Assembly: GCA_963848135.1 (NCBI GenBank)
Contig: CAWKCK010000018.1
Span: 200,938-264,937, forward strand
DNA: 64,000 bases
Direction of reading: 5' to 3'
From: an uncultured delta proteobacterium
GTDB lineage: Bacteria > Desulfobacterota > Desulfobacteria > Desulfobacterales > SG8-13
Shown: in pieces, positions 31,644 to 45,472 of the stretch
Position numbering within the stretch: the stretch's first letter is position 1
How the letters are laid out: each line of letters begins with the position of its first letter
Position numbers and translations under genes: made by a program
Notes under the pieces: model-generated
Database searches by the model: none
The model's input: only the letters and a program-made list of their open reading frames with translations
What the model was told of the DNA's origin: nothing

Positions 31644-34600
31644 ATGAAATTGTTGAAAAACCTTCGAAGGGTTACCGCTTCATGTTTGCGGTCAACCTCT
31701 ATATCTATTGCCGCTCTGCTTCGGGCGGAAGTTTATTTCAGTCGCTGTCTGTCCCAGGTCCCGAACGGATCGATCGTGCTGTTTCCATACAGAGCGACCT
31801 TTTTTTCTTGTGGTTTGGCCGGCATCGTTGCGCTTAAGAGACTGAACAAACCGACTGATCCGTCGCATTTGCAAGACATAAACCGAACGGTGGACACAAT
31901 TGAACGCTATCGCTACCGTCAATGTCTGGAACCGCACATCGACCTGATGGATAAGTATGTTGGCGGTGACGCAATTATCGAAAAAATCTTGGCAGCCGCC
32001 CGCGGATTGAAATGTCGCGACCGTTTCCGCGAAATTTTTGGCGACCGGGATAAGATGGCGTTGATCGAATCGATTGCACAACGTCTGCACAAAATTGTTG
32101 CCGAAGAGAGGGCTGTACTCGATAAAGAGATAGGGCATATAGACACTAATGTCGTGGAGGTTTTATCTCGGCGTATCGAAGATTTGAAGGATGTCGCCTG
32201 GTGCCTATCAGTTGAAGTCATCGAAAATATAGCTAAAATAAAGGATTTGGGCGACATTAAAATCCGAAGCGGCGATCTGCCCCCGAACCAACTGAGATAT
32301 CTATAAGAATATAAACACTGTTCTTAACAGTATCGACCGCCTGGAAGTCAGAGGTCGCGACTCGGCTGGAATTTCTCTAATGTTTATACTGGAGGGATCA
32401 GAATATCAGGATTTCCAGGCTAAGCTTGTTAACGACGGGTTGGATGAACAGTTGCAAGACCGCAGAAACCGGGATGTTCTGGTAAACGGCAGCATCACTG
32501 TCAACGAAACGACAGGCGGCAGTGGCCAACCGATGGTCACGGTCACCTTCACTTTCAAGGTTGCCGCAGAAATCGGCCGGCTCGGAGACAACATCCGCTA
32601 CCTGAGGCAGCAGATTAAAAATGATCAGCTACTGAAACGTCTGGTTCTCTATCCCCACATGTACCACACTGTTTCCAGTCACACCCGCTGGGCATCTGTG
32701 GGAGCCATCACTGAGGCCAACTGTCATCCGGTCGACAATCATGTCATTGTGGGCGCCGGTCCACAAAAAAGCATCATTCATGTGTGCCTCAATGGCGATA
32801 TCGACAATTACATTGAATTGTTGGCCGATCACCAGAAAAGCGGTAAACGACTTCATAAGGATGTTACCACCGACACGAAAATTATTCCGCTTCAGGTCGA
32901 AAAGTATATTCTTCAGGGTTTTGAAGTTGCGGAAGCCTTTCGCCGCGCCGTAAACGATTTTCAGGGGTCACATGCCATTTCCATGCATACTGATCTGGCA
33001 CCCGGAAAACTTTTCCTGGCACAGAAGGGCAGCGGTCAGACGTTATTCATCGGCCTGTCCGAGGATCTGTACATGCCTACCTCCGAAGTCTACGGCTTTG
33101 TAGAAGAAACCCAGCATTTTATCAAAATGAACGGCGAAAAGATTGTCAGAGGTAAAAAAGGTGACACCCAGGGCCAGATATTCATTCTCAACCAGGATAG
33201 CACCGGGGGTCTGAACGGCATCCGTGCCATGTACTATGACGGTACCCCCTTAAAACTCAGATCAGGCGGATATCAAACGCACTGAAATCACATCGCGGGA
33301 TATCGATCGCCAGGTATTCGACCACTATTTTTTGAAGGAAATCTCAGAGTCACCGAATTCTGTAGAAAAAACGCTGCAGAACCGGTGGAAGATTCGAAAA
33401 GATAACGGCATGCTGCAATACGTGCCGGCACTGGAAAATGTCATACCCGAAAAGTTGCGCAACGCTTTGGCTGCGGATCCGGCTAACGCCGGGATTCGAC
33501 GTGTCTATTTCGTTGGACAGGGAACTGCAGGCGTTGCCGCGGCGGCCTGCGCCGATATTTTGAATTACTACCTGAACGAACCGGCTCTTCAAATCAGAGC
33601 ATTGAAAGCTTCCGAACTGAGTGGGTTTTCAATCCAACAGGAAGACTCATCCAGCAGCATGGGGGACGCTCTGGTGATCGCGATCAGTCAGTCCGGCACG
33701 ACCACGGACACGAACCGGGCCGTGGATATGGTTCGCGAACGCAGCGCGCACACCCTGGCGATTGTCAACCGGCGGGATTCGGATATCACTTTCAAAGTTG
33801 ACGGGGTTGTTTACACCAGCAGCGGACGCGACATTGAAATGTCGGTCGCCTCTACCAAGGCATTTTACTCCCAAATCGTCGCCGGTGCAATTCTTGGCCT
33901 CTATATCGCCGCCGTGAGAAAACGCCGGGACGCGGGTTTTATTACCGCGGAAATCAAACGGCTGCTTGAAATACCGGATCATATGCGGACGGTTCTGGCA
34001 AACCGCACTGCCATCGGTGAGTCCGCCCAGAAGTGGGCAACACAAAAAGCCCACTGGGCGGTTGTCGGTAGCGGTCCCAATAAAGCCTCAGCTGATGAAA
34101 TCCGCATCAAATTGAGTGAACTCTGTTATAAAACGATATCAAGCGATTACGTCGAAGACAAAAAGCACATCGACTTGTCGGCGGAACCGTTGATTATTAT
34201 CTGTGCCGCTGGAACCCGCCAAACGGTCATTGGAGACATCATAAAAGACACGGCCATATTCAAGGCCCATAAGGCGACACCGTTGGTGATTGCGTCGGAA
34301 GGGGAAAATCGATTTGAACCTTACGCCGAAGACATCTTCTATGTACCGTCAGTCAGTGAACACCTTGCCCCGATTCTCAATACGTTGGTCGGTCATATCT
34401 GGGGATATTATGCCGCCCTGACGATCAACGAAGGGTCGCGGTTTCTTTTCAACTTTCAATCCGACCTCCAGAAGACGATCAACACCTTCACCGCCGACGG
34501 CCTGGACATCTACGAGGTTCTCCTCGAAAAACAGTTCAAAGAGAAAATCGTCTCATTCTACGGTGAGTTCCGGCACAAGAAAGCCCAAAAGAGATTTCCG

Positions 34601-35440
34601 GCCAGTATGGGCCTGGAGGCCGCAACAGATCTGACCCTGTTATTGAAATACCTTGCCGGCAAACTGCCGGTAAGCGATTATGAAATCGACTTCGGAACAA
34701 AGGGCACACCCCTCAACATGCTGAACCGTCTTTTCGGACGAATCGGCGACGGCATCAACGCCATGGCCCGACCGGTAGATGCCATCAAGCATCAGGCGAA
34801 AACGGTGACAGTCGGCACCAGCCGGATCAGCGAAAAACTTGAAGGGCTGCTCTTCGAAACGCTTACGAAATATGGTTTCAATGTATCCCAATTGACCACC
34901 AGCAATATTATCGTTTTGAAAAACCTGCAGGATATTGTCGCCGGAATCAAAGGGGCCATAAGATACCGCATCGACCACTTGAATCTGCTTGGCGAACCCA
35001 CAGAAGAGACTACCATCGAAGTGGAACAAAAAGATGGTGTCCTCGCCCCCATTCCATCACGGGTAGAAGCTGACAGACAGCTAAAGGGGAGCAAGAGAAT
35101 CATCGTTCGTCAGGGAAATGTTTATATCGGCAAGGGACGCAAAGATGATCGCAGTATAATCGTGATCCCGACCATTTCTACAAACCCGGAAACACCTAAT
35201 ATTATTGAACATATACTGTTACTCAACATCGAGTTTAAGAGCGATGTCAGCCTGACCGCTAAAATCAAGGCGCTCGGCGGTAAATACGAGCACATTGCCA
35301 GCATTGTGCAGGAAAACAGCGTCGCCTGGAATGACGAATATCTGCAAGTTATTGCGATGGATGAGCTTTTTGGTCGTTCTGCGGAAAAGATTGGTGAGTA
35401 TATCGTATCAGAAGTGAGGTCAGATCGGAAAACTCTCTAG
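31644..35440 (+). pseudogene. Giant GlmS-like glutamine amidotransferase / double-SIS protein (~1,264 aa), split by two +1 frameshifts
   Basis: CGLAG, LEVRGRDSAG, HTRWASVG, NGDIDN, SQSGTTTDT, VASTKAF, KLSELCY, AKTVTV motifs spread over three consecutive frames with junctions near 32295 and 33260. Confidence 0.8.
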
Positions 35441-35561
35441 ACATAGCGCCGCCGCTAACGTTAAAAATCATGCCATATTAACATTCATCCTCAGGTTTAA
35501 ATTAAAAAAAACCATTCGAATTGCCGCAAACGCTGCGCTGTATCACGCAATCATTTCCCGA

Positions 35562-37214
<1,653 letters not shown>

Positions 37215-37270
37215 TTACATCTCCACAAATAGTTCGCTAAAATTCATCGGGTCAAATGCGCACCGTCAAT

Positions 37271-38149
37271 CTATTCAAAAATCCTGCGAAAACGTTCGAT
37301 GGTTTTCTGCACTTCACTTTTGCCGCCGGGTTCAGGTTGACCAGACTGAAGTGGCTCGCCCGTAGGATAGATCGACTTAAGATGGGCAATATCAAACAAT
37401 TGGTGGGATAATTTTGGATTTATCCGTACCCTGGCGACTTGAATTTTTCGCAGAAGACGCTCCCCCTGATAGATTTCGATTTGATAAGGATACCAGATGG
37501 TCCCCGTCTTGCGCCAACCGTTGTACCTGATTTCTACCGTATCGCTCAAATAATCCGTTGAGGTGGGCCGCAGAAGCCAGCGCACAGGCCTGAAGGTGGT
37601 TTTATCAAGCCACAGTTGCGGTGCAGTTTCGTCCGGGTATTGAGCCCCCAGCACATAAACGAGTGTTCCCTGAAATCGGCCGATGCTGGAAACATCCGGA
37701 GCTATTCCGAGCCGCTGCAGATGATTCTTCAACAATTCCCTCGAATTAAACAGGAAAATATCTTTGTACCGATCGAGGTCGCTTTCCCTTTCGGATACGA
37801 TGTGTTGATTTAAAATCGTCAAAGAACGGCCGCCGGAGTAAATGTGGATATGGTTGCCGGCTGCCGATGTAAATTCCGATCGAAAGGAACCCGGTATCAG
37901 GTAACTGATGGTTTCATTGACACCAGTAGCCACTTCCGGTGTACCCGCATCTTCAAGGGTCGATTTCTGAACAACCTGCAGCTCCCGGGCGCTACCCATT
38001 TCTTTGAGCATCAAATCAAGGAGGTGGTACCCGTGGAGAACGTAGGCCTTGGTTTCAGGTGGGTCTGCAATGGACGATATGGCAAGCAAGAGGACAAGAG
38101 ATATGATGGTGGCAATCCGTGGCATCACACCGTCCTGGCGGGCAGGCAT
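37271..38149 (-). CDS. Exported LolA-like / outer-membrane lipoprotein-sorting fold protein
   Basis: Signal peptide, LWLDKTTFRP and INPKLSHQLF segments typical of LolA-like folds. Confidence 0.55.
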   Translation of the reverse strand: MPARQDGVMPRIATIISLVLLLAISSIADPPETKAYVLHGYHLLDLMLKEMGSARELQVVQKSTLEDAGTPEVATGVNETISYLIPGSFRSEFTSAAGNHIHIYSGGRSLTILNQHIVSERESDLDRYKDIFLFNSRELLKNHLQRLGIAPDVSSIGRFQGTLVYVLGAQYPDETAPQLWLDKTTFRPVRWLLRPTSTDYLSDTVEIRYNGWRKTGTIWYPYQIEIYQGERLLRKIQVARVRINPKLSHQLFDIAHLKSIYPTGEPLQSGQPEPGGKSEVQKTIERFRRIFE

Positions 38150-38200
38150 CTGTTTTTTGACCGGCCGTTCGGATCGAATTTAAGGTTTGACGTTTGACAA

Positions 38201-39556
<1,356 letters not shown>

Positions 39557-39661
39557 TTACTCTTACGAAAATTCAATGTCAAGCATTTGAGTATCTAGTT
39601 ATCCAAAATATTATCAAAGACGATTCTTTTCAGTTTTCATTCAAGAATCAGGCTCTGAATC

Positions 39662-40081
39662 ATGGCGTTTGAGGATCTCTACACCAGTGCGCACCTGTTT
39701 GTTGCCGGTATACGCTTGTGCGAATACAGGGACAGCAAACAACCATCCATTGATGCTGTCTGCGCGCTGCTGTCCTTCTCTTTGGAACAGGGTAACCATG
39801 TTTGCAAGAAGCTTATGGAGTATGGCATTATCGATATGGTCGAAGGCGGCTTCGGCACCCGTCTATTTATCAAGGACCATCTTAAAATCGAGGTGATTCC
39901 CCGGGAAGAAAAAGGGAGCCGCATGAATGATGAAGTGAAAAAATTCCAGGACAGTAGAAAAGAGTTTGCTCAGAAGATCGAATCGATAAAGGCCGCTCAA
40001 GCCGAAAAGAAAAAAAACCTTTTTGCCGATGTGGAGAAAAAATTAAAAGAACAAATGGGAAAAAAGCTCCCCCCGGAGTAA
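39662..40081 (+). CDS. Hypothetical protein (possible winged-helix N-terminus, coiled-coil C-terminus)
   Basis: 139-aa ORF with ATG start and a Lys/Glu-rich tail. Confidence 0.65.
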   Translation: MAFEDLYTSAHLFVAGIRLCEYRDSKQPSIDAVCALLSFSLEQGNHVCKKLMEYGIIDMVEGGFGTRLFIKDHLKIEVIPREEKGSRMNDEVKKFQDSRKEFAQKIESIKAAQAEKKKNLFADVEKKLKEQMGKKLPPE

Positions 40082-40292
40082 ATTCAAAAGCATCAAGCCT
40101 GCCGATAGAGCGGGTACGGGCACCCCTGAAATCCTCCGATTTTTCGAATCTTAAATATGCCTTTCCTATTCGGTAAGACGACACGCATATCAATTTAACC
40201 ATTGCCTCAATCTCTCACCAAACTTCGCTGATTCAAACCACATTTGGTATCGATAGGATTGCAACGTCCAATGTGCTTCAGACCCTAAAATT

Positions 40293-40400
40293 GTAAGCGT
40301 TTACAGGGTGCCGCAGATGCAAGGCGGCGGGCACGCAGACGTACTTTTGTACTTCAAGTGCCCGACAACATAGCAGATGCGGTGCCCTGTGAATGCTTAC
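40293..40400 (+). repeat. Palindromic REP-like structured element
   Basis: 23-bp terminal stem GTAAGCGTTTACAGGGTGCCGCA / TGCGGTGCCCTGTGAATGCTTAC, inner stem CGGGCAC/GTGCCCG and a GTAC-TTTT-GTAC hairpin. Confidence 0.7.
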
Positions 40401-40449
40401 CGCATTTGTAACGAGTTGCATGCCTTCATTTGCAGGGCGCACATTTTAA

Positions 40450-40608
40450 CTTAATTTGAGCGATTTTTGACTCGCGCTGTACCCATCTATTGTCCATCAA
40501 GAGCCTGTGCCAATCCTCGACATAGCCATGGGTATGCCTGCGGTTGGCGCAGGCCCTTGATGAACAAGAACTCAGCACATTGGTTCCTCAAAAATCGCTC
40601 AACTCAGG
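40450..40608. mobile_element. MITE, subtype B (159 bp)
   Basis: Inverted ends CTTAATTTGAGCGATTTTTGA / TCAAAAATCGCTCAACTCAGG flanked by direct repeat TTTAA (40445-40449 and 40609-40613). Confidence 0.75.
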
Positions 40609-40942
40609 TTTAACCCCTAGCGATCGGATGCGTGATCTCGCAAAGCGGCGCATCCGGAGCCATGAATGCCGGCATTGGGGAAAGGCCCAGATTCATACTC
40701 AAGCGTTTGGATTTCATACCGATAACACTTAGAGACGGAAATTATGGATTCAGTTTACGAAAAAGCACCCTGATTCTCCTGAAAAAACCCTGCGAATGAG
40801 GTCGTATTTTGATGCTGAGCCAGGATTTTTCACTTGACTAAAAAGCACTTTAATAGTACCCTAGTATCCTGAATTATTGATAAATTTTGTTTTCCGTTAA
40901 TATCATACTATCATCGCAAAAACGCGGAGTTAAGCGAGACTG

Positions 40943-41410
40943 ATGGAAACTTCAAGACATAACCGTCTTCAAATGCATTACCGCAAAATCACCCGTTTGG
41001 ACAACAAGGAAGTCTTGCTCGACGCCGATATGATTCGCCTGCTCATAGCGATCGATGAAAACAAGGCCTTGGGGAGAATTGCCCAGGAAATCGGGATGAA
41101 ACCAGACAAGCTGGGTGTGACCCTGGAAAAGCTTTTGGAATTAAAGCTTGTCGAACCCGCAAGCAAAAACGGATCCCGTCTCGGTAGTCAATTCATAGAT
41201 GCATTGAAGCATCATCTCTCCCGCGCCGTAGGCCCCATGGCTCAGATCATATTGGAAGACGCCGTGAGCGACATGAACTTGTCGGGAAAGGAAATCCCCC
41301 AAAACCAGGCTGCCGAATTGATCAGCCTGCTAGCAGTGGAAATTCCGGAAGAAGACATGCGCATGCAATTCAAGAAGGCAATGCTGCCTCTGATTAAGGC
41401 TCAGGTCTGA
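40943..41410 (+). CDS. Hypothetical protein (wHTH-like N-terminus, helical GPMAQII C-terminal domain)
   Basis: 155-aa ORF upstream of the Cache-HAMP gene. Confidence 0.7.
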   Translation: METSRHNRLQMHYRKITRLDNKEVLLDADMIRLLIAIDENKALGRIAQEIGMKPDKLGVTLEKLLELKLVEPASKNGSRLGSQFIDALKHHLSRAVGPMAQIILEDAVSDMNLSGKEIPQNQAAELISLLAVEIPEEDMRMQFKKAMLPLIKAQV

Positions 41411-41512
41411 AATCTCTGTAAATAAATGCCTGTCTGTTTGATGGTTTCACTTGATTTTTTCTGACCGATTAATGCAAAAAATAAGAAATCTTACAGCAAG
41501 GAGCTCACGGAA

Positions 41513-42919
41513 ATGATGCAGATTACCTGCAACAATTGCGGTAAAAAATACCGGGTAGACGAAAGTAAAATAAAGGGTGATAAGGCCCGCTTAAAGTGCA
41601 AAGCATGCGAGAGCATAATCGTCGTCACCAAACCCCCGCCATCGCAGGCATCAGGGCCTCAAAACAAAGATATTTCTCAACCGGCCGCAGCACTGGACCA
41701 CCAAACGGAGCCGACACCAGGCGATCAGGCTACTGAGGAAGAAATAGAGAAGCCGGTTCAACCGCATGCAGATCAGACGGACACCACTGGAAGTCGCTCC
41801 GCAGCAGGCGCAACAGACGAAGATGCAACGCCGGGGTTGGCCAAGCAGAAGGTCCGCTTCGGTCTTTTTACAAAAATCATCCTGATTATGCTACTCATCA
41901 GTCTGCTGCCATTCGTTGTCTTCTGGGGCATTGCCTACAAAGAAACCGTCAACCGAATTCGTAACGAGTCCGATCAGTTTTTCACCTTGACCGCGGAGAG
42001 CCTTGGAACCCAGGTGGACGGATGGATCGGCAACAATATCCTGATCCTCGACTCTGCGACCGAATTGCCGAATATCAAATCAATGGACCGCCCGAGCCAG
42101 GAACGGGTCTTGCGGGAGCTTCAAAAAAAATACCCCTACATGTACCTGGTTTTTACTGTCGGCCTCGATGGGCGTAATGTCGCCCGCAGCGACGATGTTC
42201 CATTGAAGGATTACTCGGACCGCCAATATTACAAAGACATCATTCAGGGTAAATCAGTGAGTTGGCAAACGCTTATCGGCAAAACATCGAAGAAGCCGTC
42301 CCTGGTTATTTCCGTCCCGATTAAAACAGGCGATCGACTCGTCGGCGTCTTGGCCGCAGCGATGACGATCGACGATCTGTCCAAGTATATAGCGAAATGG
42401 AAAAGAGGCAAATCGGGCTTTGCCTTTCTGCTCGACGAAAAAGGCAAGGTGGTTGCCCATCAGGTTCAGTCCTATGTCGAATCTCAGAAGAACCTCAACA
42501 GCCACCCCCTGATCGCAGCGTATCGAAAGGGTAACTGGACCAACTTTACAGCCAATTTCACCAATGAGAAAGGCAAACCAAGCTACGGACATGTGAGAGA
42601 AATCGGCCGCGGGTGGACCATCGCCCTCCAGCAGGAGGATGCCGAGGTGTTCGCCGCCATTAAACGGGTGCAATGGGTCGCATTGATCTTACTGGCAGCA
42701 ACGGTTGTGCTTGTTTCACTGATCGCCTGGTTTTCAGCCCGGGCCATCGTCACTCCGATCACAAAACTGACCGAGGTTGCCGAACGGATGAGTTTAGGCG
42801 ACCTGAACATGCAGATCAATATACCTTCGAAGGACGAAATCGGCTTACTGGCTCAAGCGATCAAGCGAATGCAAACCAGTTTACGCCTGGCCATGGAACG
42901 TCTGCGGCGAAAAAGATAA
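41513..42919 (+). CDS. Zinc-ribbon (MJ0042-like) - TM - dCache - TM - HAMP membrane sensor with no output domain
   Basis: CNNC...CKAC finger, acidic linker, two TM helices around a Cache domain (DYSDRQYYK), HAMP (PITKL...DEIGLLA) ending at the stop codon. Confidence 0.85.
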   Translation: MMQITCNNCGKKYRVDESKIKGDKARLKCKACESIIVVTKPPPSQASGPQNKDISQPAAALDHQTEPTPGDQATEEEIEKPVQPHADQTDTTGSRSAAGATDEDATPGLAKQKVRFGLFTKIILIMLLISLLPFVVFWGIAYKETVNRIRNESDQFFTLTAESLGTQVDGWIGNNILILDSATELPNIKSMDRPSQERVLRELQKKYPYMYLVFTVGLDGRNVARSDDVPLKDYSDRQYYKDIIQGKSVSWQTLIGKTSKKPSLVISVPIKTGDRLVGVLAAAMTIDDLSKYIAKWKRGKSGFAFLLDEKGKVVAHQVQSYVESQKNLNSHPLIAAYRKGNWTNFTANFTNEKGKPSYGHVREIGRGWTIALQQEDAEVFAAIKRVQWVALILLAATVVLVSLIAWFSARAIVTPITKLTEVAERMSLGDLNMQINIPSKDEIGLLAQAIKRMQTSLRLAMERLRRKR

Positions 42920-42959
42920 TGTGAAGCATTCTTAAGGCTGGCAAAACACATCCAAGTCC

Positions 42960-43008
42960 ATAAAAACGAATAGCCCACGCTGCTTGCGCGTGGGCTATTC
43001 GTTTTTAT
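42960..43008. terminator. Bidirectional intrinsic terminator
   Basis: Perfect 21-bp inverted repeat ATAAAAACGAATAGCCCACGC / GCGTGGGCTATTCGTTTTTAT between convergent genes. Confidence 0.85.
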
Positions 43009-43017
43009 AAAGTTTTA

Positions 43018-43225
43018 CCTAATTTGAGCGATTGTCGAGGTTGCCGCAGATACAAGGAAGATGTCGTTTTGCTATAGTCGGCTATGCGGGACGGCATATG
43101 ACGCCGTAGGTGCGGCAAGATCGGCAATCCCAAAGGGTTTCAAATTTTAAAATCAAACGATGATAGAATTCCTTATAAATAAAGCAGTTCCTCCTCTATT
43201 TAAAATTTGAAACGCTCACTTTAGG
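43018..43225. mobile_element. MITE, subtype A (208 bp)
   Basis: Ends CCTAATTTGAGCG / CGCTCACTTTAGG, flanking direct repeat TTTTA; closely similar to 56152-56357. Confidence 0.85.
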
Positions 43226-43227
43226 TT

Positions 43228-45459
43228 TTATTGTATTTGGTTCTGGATACGCTTCAAATCGTCCCAAGCCCATTTCTGCGGCAGACCGTCCGGACGAATG
43301 GCCCGTTCCGTTTTGACGGTTTCAAGACACGCTTTGTAGGCCACTGCAGCGCCCTTCAGATCGCCACGCACCCGCAGTGACAATCCGATGACATATGCTG
43401 CTGCCGATTCCCATTGCGCGCCCCGGGCCATTCTTCGCTTTAATTCATCTACCGAAATGCCCCCTCGAAGGAATTCCGCCTGCCATGCAAAAAACCTAAA
43501 TTCCCCAAAATCGGTAACGATGGCATCGAAGAATTGTCGACCAATCGCTATATCGTTATTAAACCTGACCGCTGTAATACCAGCGGCCATGGCCGCCCTG
43601 ACCCTTAAATGCCTGTCAGCGTCATGGGCATTCATCACGAGTTTAAACAGGCTGATGGCTTGGGGGTAGTTTCCCAAGTCGATCATGCGATCAGCCACAT
43701 ACATGGCCGCTTCGGCATTTTTTGATTCGAGGACAGCCTTTTCAAGTGTAGCGAGTTCTTCGGCTCTCTTGCCCTGCCGGCGATATATCTCCGCCATAAG
43801 CAGCAGGGAATCTTTTTCGGTCGGGTTCAACCGTATGCTCTCCTGTACATGCTCCTCGGCGGTTTTAAAATCCCCCTGGTCCAGGTAATAGCGCGCGATT
43901 TCATTGATCGCATCCGGAAAATGAGGTTCACGTCGCAAGGATTCATGCAGAAATTCAAGGCCTTTGTCTCTGTCTCCTTTTGATATCAAAACCCGGCCGA
44001 TATGATAGGGCGAATCTGGATCCCAGGGAAACGTCTCCATTGACGTTTGAAAATGCTGCAGGGCCTCATCGAGACGGCCAACCGAACTCAAGTGAATGGC
44101 GGTGTGGAAGTCGTGTCGTGCGATCTTACGGTTTTCAAGGTCGGGCCAGTCCGGCCAACACAGCACGCTCAATACGATGAGGAATAGAAAGGCTCGAACC
44201 ACAAAACGCGGATCACCCAGCCGCCAATGGCGGCAAATCTGCCAGCCTGCTGCTGCGGCAAAAATCGACAACAAAACAGTGGTGGGCAAACGGTAACGGT
44301 CTGAAGCCTTGAAGAGGATGATCGAGAGAAAACTGATGATCGTGCAGCCGGCTATCAGCAACTGATCTTTCGACGGTCTGCGCAGAAGCAACAACCCTGA
44401 AATGCCGAGGGGGCCGACGAGCCAAAAACCGACCCACGGTAAGGAAAGAAAATTGGAATAGGCCCGATAGGCGTAGACATTGAACTCCTGGCTCCATTCA
44501 CGGGCGTTGATGAAAATAGTCAATCGTCGCAAGAGGTTGACGGCGGTGCCTGCCGGATCATTTTGGATGACATCGATTAGCTTCTGCCCCCAGAAGCGTT
44601 CGACGTCTTTTTCCGTGCGCAGTCCGGCCTGTAGAGGTAAATGCATGTACTTGTCAAACAATATGCCGACCGGCGGGTGCAACCCCTTAAACTCGGGATT
44701 CAGCCCGGCATAAAGGCTCCAAGTCGCCTGCGCCCGCAACATGGGCTCACCGGATATTTGGTAATTACGGTAAACGATGGGGCTGATGACAATTGTCGTA
44801 CCGATGCAAAAAAGAACGGCACGGAAGACCCCACGTTTAATGCGGGGCCGGTTAAACCAGATCAGCCACCAGGCGAGGAAAGGAAGGAGTAAAAAGAGAT
44901 TGGCCCGCGCACCGGCAGACAGGGCAAAAGCGAATCCAGCCGCGGTGACGCCCCATATTCGGATGGAAGGATTCAGGAGCAACCAGATGGTCAGGCTCAT
45001 GAAGAATATGCTGAAGCCTTCGGCAAACTTTTCGGCTTCGAAAACCACCAGCAGCCAATTAGCGGCCACAAGGTAACCTGCAATCAGGCCGACATTTCGA
45101 TTCCAAGCTTGGGCGGCAGACTGAGCGATAAAGACAACCGACAACGAACCCATAAAACTCTGAACCAGTTTGTTGACCAGTGGACCTGTGCCGAATAACA
45201 TTTTCTGCAATGCCAGAAAAGCCGGATAGATCGGCAGATAATTTCCGACGGAGTCCCAGAGCCAAACACCCTCGGCTATCCGGCCGGCCCACTCGTCGTA
45301 AACCTTCGCATCGATAACGGGCACGCCAAAAAGCGGATTGTCGGCGGATTGAATAATGTAGATCAGTCTGATACAGAATGCCACCAGGAACAAGACAAGC
45401 GCCGAATCTTTTCCGATGGCCGATTCGTTGGAGGCGTCGGAATTTACTGAATGGTTCAT
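43228..45459 (-). CDS. Membrane glycosyltransferase (GT-C, ArnT/PMT-like) with C-terminal TPR repeats
   Basis: Many TM helices, D..VYDEWA, P.YPAFLA, RANL and DRYRLP motifs, then TPR-like helices. Confidence 0.75.
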   Translation of the reverse strand: MNHSVNSDASNESAIGKDSALVLFLVAFCIRLIYIIQSADNPLFGVPVIDAKVYDEWAGRIAEGVWLWDSVGNYLPIYPAFLALQKMLFGTGPLVNKLVQSFMGSLSVVFIAQSAAQAWNRNVGLIAGYLVAANWLLVVFEAEKFAEGFSIFFMSLTIWLLLNPSIRIWGVTAAGFAFALSAGARANLFLLLPFLAWWLIWFNRPRIKRGVFRAVLFCIGTTIVISPIVYRNYQISGEPMLRAQATWSLYAGLNPEFKGLHPPVGILFDKYMHLPLQAGLRTEKDVERFWGQKLIDVIQNDPAGTAVNLLRRLTIFINAREWSQEFNVYAYRAYSNFLSLPWVGFWLVGPLGISGLLLLRRPSKDQLLIAGCTIISFLSIILFKASDRYRLPTTVLLSIFAAAAGWQICRHWRLGDPRFVVRAFLFLIVLSVLCWPDWPDLENRKIARHDFHTAIHLSSVGRLDEALQHFQTSMETFPWDPDSPYHIGRVLISKGDRDKGLEFLHESLRREPHFPDAINEIARYYLDQGDFKTAEEHVQESIRLNPTEKDSLLLMAEIYRRQGKRAEELATLEKAVLESKNAEAAMYVADRMIDLGNYPQAISLFKLVMNAHDADRHLRVRAAMAAGITAVRFNNDIAIGRQFFDAIVTDFGEFRFFAWQAEFLRGGISVDELKRRMARGAQWESAAAYVIGLSLRVRGDLKGAAVAYKACLETVKTERAIRPDGLPQKWAWDDLKRIQNQIQ

Positions 45460-45472
45460 GAATATATCGATG

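Noticed and set aside
33283..33285. TGA ending the middle GlmS-like fragment as possible selenocysteine readthrough
   Set aside because: Homology continues in a different frame starting upstream of the TGA, so this is a frameshift, not recoding.
40544..40732. Short ORFs within repeat elements (also 49747-49935 and 48642-48974)
   Set aside because: They lie inside MITE or palindromic elements and lack an RBS or recognisable domain.
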